A stretch of DNA of 64,000 nt from NCBI GenBank assembly GCA_037447605.1, contig CM074816.1, positions 1,069,873 to 1,133,872 of the forward strand, read 5' to 3'. Source of the stretch: Zygnema circumcarinatum SAG 698-1b. Its lineage: Eukaryota > Plantae > Zygnematophyceae. Shown one piece after another: positions 55,661-64,000 of the stretch; positions within the stretch are counted from its first letter, which is position 1; each line of letters starts with the position of its first letter. The notes beneath the pieces are model-generated. The model was not told where the DNA came from. It made no database searches and saw only the letters and a list, made by a program, of their open reading frames with translations. The translations under genes were made by a program, and so were the position numbers.

Positions 55661-55977
55661 ACGCGACTTCCCTGAGACCGGGCAGTTTGCAGCTCTCGCC
55701 AGGAATCAATCGGAGCCGTCGATTCAGTTCGCATGTGTGATGGACGGCTCCGATGGGCTCCTTCTCTATCCCAAATGTTCAAGAGGGCCCCATGCGAAAC
55801 CTGAAGAAGAGCTGCAAGAGTCTTCAGAAACCCTAGCGAAGCCTGCACATGGTGCATGCATTCGCACTCATTGTAAGGGTTTGTTGAACTGTAAATAAAG
55901 CTGTAGATTATAGGAATCTTCGCCAGATTGTTTGAGCAGAAGGGAAAGGACCTCTGCAGGGAGGGTCGCTGGAAGCC

Positions 55978-58900
55978 ATGGCGCTTGCAGCAGCGCAGTT
56001 GAATCTCGGCACTTTTTCAGCTCCTGCAGTGATCAGCGCCTCGCAGAAGAAATGCAGTCATTTATCTACCAAGGTCGCAATCAGAGGTGAGAGAGGGAAT
56101 TGAATCAGTGTATATAACTGCGTATGTCCGTGCTGCGAATGAAACTGTGTATTGACTGTGTACCTGCGCATGTAAGTGGTCGCTGATTCAGAGCCGCTAT
56201 GGAATATTAACTACATTGTGCAGATTGAGTTCCATGCACAGGGATGAAGGCGCTGTCCTCCAGGTTCTGTTCTTTCTAATGAGCTAGGGTTTTCCAAATG
56301 TCGAAGTCCAAGTGATGCCCATGCCGGTGGGATGAATGCCTGACATTGTTTACTCGAACCTGATTTGTCGCAGCCTCCTAAACATGCCTGTGTGCGTTTG
56401 TGGGTGACGTCATGCAGGCTCCGCATCAGAAGGGCATGAAGGTCTGAGGAGGAGGACTGCGTTGGACGGCGCTCAACAAGAAGTAGGCTTCCGAGTTACT
56501 CATTGGAAAAATTCCTCCCTAACTTACTATGCTGTATTTTGCTTGTGGAGGGCATATCTGGTAAACTGGGTCCCATGCTGCCCTTTAAGTGCTTTCAACT
56601 TAAACACCGTGCTGAAGGGTGTGTGGCTGTGAAAAAAGAAAGGGAAGGGTAAATGTGGAAAATTTTGCCTCGAGATGCTTACTCTTGCATTGAAAGTGTT
56701 TGGCCGGGCATTGCAGACTGCATGACTGACTGTCCGGCTCTTTCTTTTAAATCTACATTTAGTCCATTTGTCTGAAAACTGATGCAGTTCTCTTTCGTTG
56801 TTGCTGGCAGGTTGAAGTGGGCTCTGGGCTGCCTCGGCCTGCACGAAGCGTCGTGCGGAAGGTAAGCTCGTATTTTCACAGTGCTTCTCACTTGCTTGGG
56901 AAGATCAACGAAATGTTCCACATCTGTCAACCAAATTTTCGAGGTCTGATCTGCATTCATGAAAAAATGGATAGCGATTCCCATATGTAGTATTGATGCC
57001 TAATTTACATATCCTACTCTTCAGAGTCTTCTGAATGATGAATAAGTGAATTATCTCCAATCTAGAGGCTGTGGAGTACGAGTTCTGCACGAAACAAGTT
57101 TTGGCTTGTTGTGTAGATCGCTTGGGCTGTTGAGGAAGGTCAGTTTCGTCTGCATCTGTGCTCAGGTCGAGTTATATCTAGTCTTTTTGAGAAAATCGGG
57201 CGTCCAACCTCGTCATCCCCATTTTGTTCGACTCAACTCTGTCGACATTGTTCCTGGGAAATTTTGTATTGTCGCACATTTGGCCCTCACTCACATCTTT
57301 GAAAAAACCTGCATGGCTGTGTGCTTTGCCATTTTTTGTGCAGGCAACCAGTGCTGTCCTTGGAAATGGACTTTTTACGCAAACACGGCCAGATGTACGG
57401 CGTATTATCCCTGCATCTCGTCCAGGCACGCAGGTGGTCAAGATCGTTTACGTGGTGCTGGAAGCGCAGTATCAGTCCTCGCTCTCACAGGCTGTGCGCA
57501 ACATCAACCGGCTAAGGAAGGACATCAACATTGAAGTGGTTGGCTATCTTGTGGAGGAGCTTCGAGATGTGGAGAACTATGCCAGCTTCAAGAAGGATTT
57601 GAGTGATGCGAACATCTTCATTGGGTCTCTTATTTTTATTGAGGAGCTGGCAGAGAAGGTGAAGAATGCTGTGGAGGCAGAGAGGGAGCGGCTGGATGCT
57701 GTGCTGGTGTTCCCTTCTATGCCAGAGGTCATGCGGCTTAATAAGCTCGGAACGTTCTCAATGTCTCAGTTGGGGCAGTCTAAGAGCGCAATTGCTCAGT
57801 TTATGCGTAAGAAGAGGAAGGAGTCAGGCTCTGGATTTGAGGAGAGCATGTTGAAGCTGATTAGGACTCTTCCAAAGGTGCTGAAATACCTTCCCAGTGA
57901 TAAGGCACAGGATGCCCGAAACTTCATGATGAGTCTGCAGTTCTGGTTAGGAGGCTCACCGGAGAATCTCGAGAACTTCTTGGTTATGATTTCTGGCGCA
58001 TATGTGCCTGGTTTGAAGGATTCGAAGCTGGCATATTCCGACCCGGTTGTCTTCCTGGATACTGGAATCTGGCATCCCCTTGCTCCTTCAATGTACGACG
58101 ATGTGAAGGAGTATTTGAACTGGTATGGAACCCGCCGAGATGCCACTGCGGAACTCAAGGATCCGAAATCCCCTGTTGTGGGCGTAATTCTTCAAAGGAG
58201 TCACATAGTTACCGGAGATGATGGACATTATTCATCAGTCGTGATGGAGTTGGAAGCTTCAGGAGCTAAAGTGGTCCCCATCTTTGCGGGGGGGTTGGAT
58301 TTTTCTAACCCTGTGGAGCGATTTTTCATTGACCCAATTACTGGTCGCTCACTTGTTGACTGTGTGGTCTCTCTTACTGGCTTCGCCTTAGTCGGTGGAC
58401 CTGCAAGCCAAGACCACCCAAGAGCCATACAGGCTCTTCAGAAGCTTGATGTGCCCTATTTGGTGGCTCTCCCTCTCGTTTTTCAGACTACGGATGAGTG
58501 GATGGAAAGCACTTTGGGTCTGCATCCTATTCAGGTTGCGTTGCAGGTTGCTCTGCCAGAGCTCGACGGTGGACTAGAGCCAATCGTCTTCTCTGGACGG
58601 GATAGCAGGACAGGTATAACAACATTCATGAGGCATTCATTCATTCTTGATTTCTGGGGGAGATATTGGAAGTTTCATGTTTAATTTTGGTGAATACCTG
58701 ACTTGATAGGCCTGAATAGTGTTTTTTGTAGGAGCTGACGTGTTTCTTATTGTCTTGTAATATGGCAGGCAAGTCGCATGCACTTTACGACAGAGTGCAG
58801 CAACTCTGCAGACGTGCAGTGAACTGGGCAACCCTGAGGAGGAAAGATAAGGTAAGAAAAACAATCAGAATTGGTATAAGTATACTGCTTCTTTGCTGAA

Positions 58901-61900
58901 GAAAGGGATGGTACGTATGTTGTGTGAAAGACAACCTCTGACGAACTGTTGTTGATGTGCAGGCTGAAAAGAAACTGGCTATCACTGTGTTCAGCTTCCC
59001 GCCTGACAAGGGCAATGTGGGAACGGCTGCATATTTGAATGTCTTCTCCTCGATCTACAGTGTTCTGAAAGAGTTGAAGAAGGATGGGTACAATGTGGAT
59101 GGCCTGCCAGAGAGTGCGGAGGACCTTATTGAAGGTGTCATTCATGACAAGGAAGCAAAGTACAGCAGCCCAGATCTTAACATTGCGTATAGGATGCCTG
59201 TCAGAGAGTACGAGAGACTTACTCCTTACTCTATTGCGTTGGAGGAGAGCTGGGGGAAGCCGCCTGGAAAGCTGAATTCTGATGGACAGAATTTGCTCAT
59301 TTACGGTAAACAGTTTGGAAACATCTTTATTGGAGTGCAGCCCACTTTTGGCTATGAGGGGGATCCCATGCGACTGCTCTTCTCAAAATCAGCATCGCCC
59401 CACCATGGCTTTGCTGCCTATTACTCATATTTGGAGCATGTATTTGAGGCAGATGCAGTCCTTCACTTTGGGACACATGGATCGCTTGAATTTATGCCCG
59501 GAAAACAGGTGGGAATGAGTGAAGCTTGCTACCCAGACAGTCTTATCGGCAACATTCCCAACATTTACTATTACGCTGCAAACAACCCGTCAGAAGCGAC
59601 CATCGCTAAGCGCAGAAGTTACGCAAACACCATCAGTTATCTCACCCCACCTGCAGAGAATGCTGGTCTCTATAAGGGACTAAAGCAGCTGAGTGAGCTC
59701 ATCTCTTCTTACCAGTCTCTGAAAGACTCTGGTCGGGGACAGCAGATTGTGAGCTCCATTATAAGCACTGCCCGACAGTGCAATCTGGACAAGGATGTCG
59801 ACCTTCCGGCTGAAGATGCAGAGTTAACTTCAGCAGAAAGAGATACAGTGGTCGGAAAGGTGTATGGCAAGCTAATGGAGATTGAGTCCCGTCTACTTCC
59901 TTGCGGACTGCACGTCATTGGAGAGCCGCCTACAGCCATGGAAGCAGTAGCTACACTTGTGAACATTGCAGGAATTGATCGACCAGAAGAGGAGATTGCC
60001 GGCTTTCCCGGAATCTTGGCCCAATCTGTAGGTAGAAGCATTGAGGATGTCTACAGAGGCAGTGACAAGGGAGTTCTCACAGATGTGACTTTACTGCAAG
60101 AGATTACTCAGGCCAGTCGTGATGCTATTTATGCATTTGTAGCCCAAACAACCAACAAGGACGGGCAGGTGGTGAATGTGTCCTCTTTGACAGAGAAATT
60201 GAGTGGGTTCTTGGGCTTCGGGAAGAGGGAGCCGTATCTGGAATCCCTTGCAAAGACCAAGTTCAAGTACGCTGATGAGGAGAAAATGAAGAAGCTGTTC
60301 GACTTCCTTTCCTTCTGCTTGAAGCAGATTGTAGCAGATAATGAGTTGGGAGGCTTAAAGCAGGCTTTGGAAGGACGGTTTGTCGAACCTGGACCAGGAG
60401 GAGATCCCATCCGAAACCCTAAGGTTTTGCCGACTGGAAAAAACATCCATGCACTTGATCCTCAGGTAAGGATACTCCACATATGCGACATCTGAGAGGT
60501 TGTACTCTTTTGAGTGACCAGGATCTACCTTGTACAGTTATCTCCCAATGTCTTTCTCTTCTTAAAATTATTCCTTACTACTGTTCTCCATTGGTATGTT
60601 GTTGCTGGCTGCTGAATCAACCCTTTCTTTTTGCTCTTTCACAGGCAATCCCCACATCTGCTGCGCTTGCAAGTGCCAAGATCGTGGTGGAAAGACTTCT
60701 TGAGCGTCAGAAATTGGAGAATGATGGAAAATACCCCGAAACAGTTGCCCTGGTTTTGTGGGGAACTGACAACATCAAAACCTATGGAGAATCATTAGCT
60801 CAGGTTTTGTGGATGGTCGGAACTCGCCCTGTTCCGGATGCTCTTGGACGAGTGAACAAGGTCGAGCCGGTGCCTCTAGAGGAGCTTGGAAGGCCGAGAA
60901 TTGATGTGGTGGTCAACTGCTCAGGGGTCTTCAGGGATTTGTTCATCAACCAGGTGCGTGATGAACTGTTGAACAGGTTGTTTCATGTGATTCTGACAGT
61001 ATTTCAGCATCTGAGCATGTTAAAGAATGGATGTCGGTGTTTTGCATGCGTTGTTGGGGAGATCTTGTTTGAGTAAGGATGTGGATTGTCGACTGGTTTA
61101 CTTTGAGAGATGGATCGCAGATTGGATTTTTGCGGTCTTGTTTCTAGGTTTTCGAAGAGTACGTGACTCTCTAAGTAGCAGCAGGGGAGAGGATGTGTTC
61201 TGTGAGCATGTATGCTTTTGCCCCCTCAGTGTACACGAATTAATTGAGCTCATTTGAATATCTTCTGACATTGGACCTTGGTTTTTATTGACCTTGCAGA
61301 TGAACCTTTTGGACCGTGCCATTAAGATGGTGGCAGAGTTGGATGAACCCCCGGAAATGAACTATGTGAGGAAACATGCAACCGAGCAAGCCGGCGAACT
61401 TGGTGTTAGCATCCGAGAAGCAGCTACTCGAGTGTATTCAAATGCTTCAGGGTCATACTCCTCCAATGTGAACCTTGCTATTGAAAATTCCTCCTGGAAT
61501 GATGAGAAGCAGCTGCAGGATATGTACTTGTCGAGAAAGTCTTTTGCCTTTGACTCAGACACCCCCGGGGCCGGCATGGCCGAAAAGAGGGCAATTTTTG
61601 AGAAGGCATTGGCTACGGCTGATGCGACTTTCCAGAATCTTGACTCGAGCGAGATTTCTCTCACTGATGTCAGTCACTACTTTGACTCAGACCCTACCAA
61701 GCTTGTTCAGAGTTTGAGGGTAGACAAGAAGGCTCCGGCTTCCTACATTGCTGATACAACAACAGCCAACGCACAGGTAAATAAAACTTTAGCCAAAAAA
61801 TTAAAAAAAAACTCAATGTGAAAAGCCGGCGTTTTTCTCTCGTTTTTCCTTTCATTGAATTCTGATCTCAAATATGGGCGATTTTGGTTTTCAGTCTGAA

Positions 61901-62666
61901 GAGATGACAGAACATTAACAGAGAGAGATGACTGTAATAATCATGATAGTAATCGCTGACGTAAGAGGAGGATGTGTGGAGCAGGTCCGATCACTGTCTG
62001 AAACCGTTCGTTTGGATGCTCGCACGAAGATGCTCAACCCTAAGTGGTATGAAGGAATGCTTTCCAGCGGATATGAGGGAGTCCGTGAGATTGAGAAGAG
62101 GCTGACCAACACCATGGGATGGAGCGCAACTTCCGGCACAGTACGGACCTAACCCTGAACTTCTTAAAGCTCTATAAACCCCAACCTAAAATTTTGATTG
62201 GTTTTGAAATGCACATTGCGATGACTGCACTGAGGATGGCGGTTAGTCATGTTCTTTTGATAGCATAGATTATGGCCAGATGTAACTCGCCCTTTTCCGG
62301 AAGATTTCTCCTTGGAAAAGAGTGTGAGGTGTATAGAGAGAGAGCGAGGGAGGTATATAGAGAGAGAGAGAGGGAGGTATATGTATAGAGAGAGAGGGGG
62401 GATGCGAGCCCATGCTCATTCATTTACATTGGATGTGGCGGCAGGTGGACAACTGGGTGTATGAGGAAGCCAACGCCACATTCATAGAGGACGAGGCCAT
62501 GCAGAAGAGGCTTCTGGAAACAAACCCCAACTCCTTCAGGAAGCTCGTTTCCACCTTCCTGGAAGCCAACGGGCGCGGCTACTGGGAGACCTCCGAGGAC
62601 AATTTGGACAGGCTCAGGCAGTTGTACCAGGACGTGGAGGACCGCATTGAGGGCATTGAAAACTGA
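55978..62666 (+). CDS. CHLH: Magnesium chelatase subunit H, plastid-targeted, about 10 exons
   Basis: [99 protein letters not shown]|[47 protein letters not shown]. Three short 5' exons encode a transit peptide. Confidence 0.97.
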
Positions 62667-64000
62667 TCTCTTTCTATTCTTCTCCCTCTCTCTTTCTCTC
62701 CCTCTCTCTCTCTCTGTCCCCCACTCTCCATTCTTCCCATGCCGCGCGAGAGAGATTCATGACTCCATTGTTTGTCCCTCGGCGGAGATTATTTCTTCCT
62801 TGCACCTGAGGTACGCTAAAGGGCAGTTTTGGTAGTACTAGATAAGTTAAGGAAGGTGTATTTAACAGGTAGGAGGTGCCTGTACAGAACTGAACTGGAA
62901 CGGAACGGAACAGAGCTAAGAATCACTGGGGAGCCGAATCAGACGGCTGCCTGCCCCTGTGGCACAGGGGCATGTGGTGAATTGTTTCCTTGAGTATGAT
63001 TATAAATCCATTTGATGAATCATCTCATGGCCATGCGCATGGGTTGTGGGTGCTTCTTGGGATGGTATGCCGCTTGCCTCAACGGGTGGACGCATGTACT
63101 TTTGTTGGCTGTACAGCGTGTGTGCTGGGGGGCGATCGAAAAATTGTCCATAAATTCATCGATGAAGGACCAGTTTTTGACATGACCAGTTTTTTTCGGT
63201 CTTGCATTTCATTGTGATGTCGTGCAAGAGGGGAAAGGAGAGGGGATGGATATTTTGGGCCAATTGCTATGCATGTAAATACTGTTAGCTGTAAGGCTCT
63301 CTGATCAGACAGACTGCGAAATGTGTGCGTGGAACTCCTGAACGAAGAGCTGCACCGTTGCTCCTGAACTCTCACTGCTGCGTGAAAGTATACCCTTGAG
63401 ACAGTCGTTGAAACTATCCTCAGCTCTGTCAGCAGTGTTACATCTAACACCCAGTAGAGCGGAGGGCCTCTGCAAGCGTTTGCTTTTATCGTACAGGAAA
63501 AGAATGCTCCTTTTCGCTGCGCGTGATCACATAGGGCACCAACCTTTACTGTGTCAAGAAAATTCGTTTCGGGAAAAACTATCGTCAGTCAGGGTCTTCG
63601 CAAGCACTAACAAACATCCAGAAAGCTCTTTACCGAATGGACGAGGGATCCGTGCGGAAATGGCGCACTGTGGTTTGTGTTGAGATCCGTAAAATCAGAC
63701 ATATAGTCGTACGGAACTTTTGTACGGATATAATGTACGGAGACGCACGGACTGAGTCACGCGTGTTGTTTGCTTAACAAATGACGTGACCCTTTGAACG
63801 TATGGTTGATGTTGTTCATCGTGTTATGCTTTTGACGGCTAGGTTTTCGGAAGGACATATATAAGATTACTGTTTTCTGTGTCGTTGTAAACCAGAGCTT
63901 GGAGGGAAAGCATAGGATGCTTGTGCTCCCATTCAACTTTAGAATGAAGCTTTTGGGGATAAGTGTGTTGTGCACTGAACGATTGAGATTGCTAAAAATG

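Noticed and set aside
62990-64000. Short ORFs downstream of CHLH
   Set aside because: No recognisable domains; likely 3' UTR or intergenic sequence.

Overview
Eukaryotic, intron-rich nuclear DNA from a green-lineage organism. It is most likely a streptophyte alga or other non-seed plant (inference from land-plant-like gene families, a PebA/PUBS-type bilin reductase and TTTAGGG-type repeats). It is a draft assembly with nine 10-N placeholder gaps. The first ~12.3 kb is a transposon pile-up: a Ty1/copia element (937-9699, CAGCC TSD) containing three further related LTR insertions, all on the minus strand, followed by LTR scraps, a 411-bp TIR MITE with an 8-bp TSD and a dispersed ~140-bp repeat. 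The rest holds eight spliced genes: plastid RPS13 (-), DDT/WHIM1/WSD chromatin protein (-), MET1 PDZ-TPR (+), DEG15 peroxisomal protease (-), DUF810/MUN unc-13-like protein (+), EamA/SLC35F5-like transporter (-), PebA/PUBS-like ferredoxin-dependent bilin reductase (+) and Mg-chelatase H subunit CHLH (+). The most interesting signals are four. (1) The bilin reductase lies directly upstream of CHLH, both with G-box-dense promoters. (2) A DEG15 intron is built from a periodic array of 5' splice-site copies. (3) Exons are flanked by complementary GA/CT or telomere-like introns, including an acceptor with no polypyrimidine tract. (4) A bulged RNA hairpin is conserved across four diverged copia LTR families. 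All protein calls come from motif recognition by eye, with no database search.
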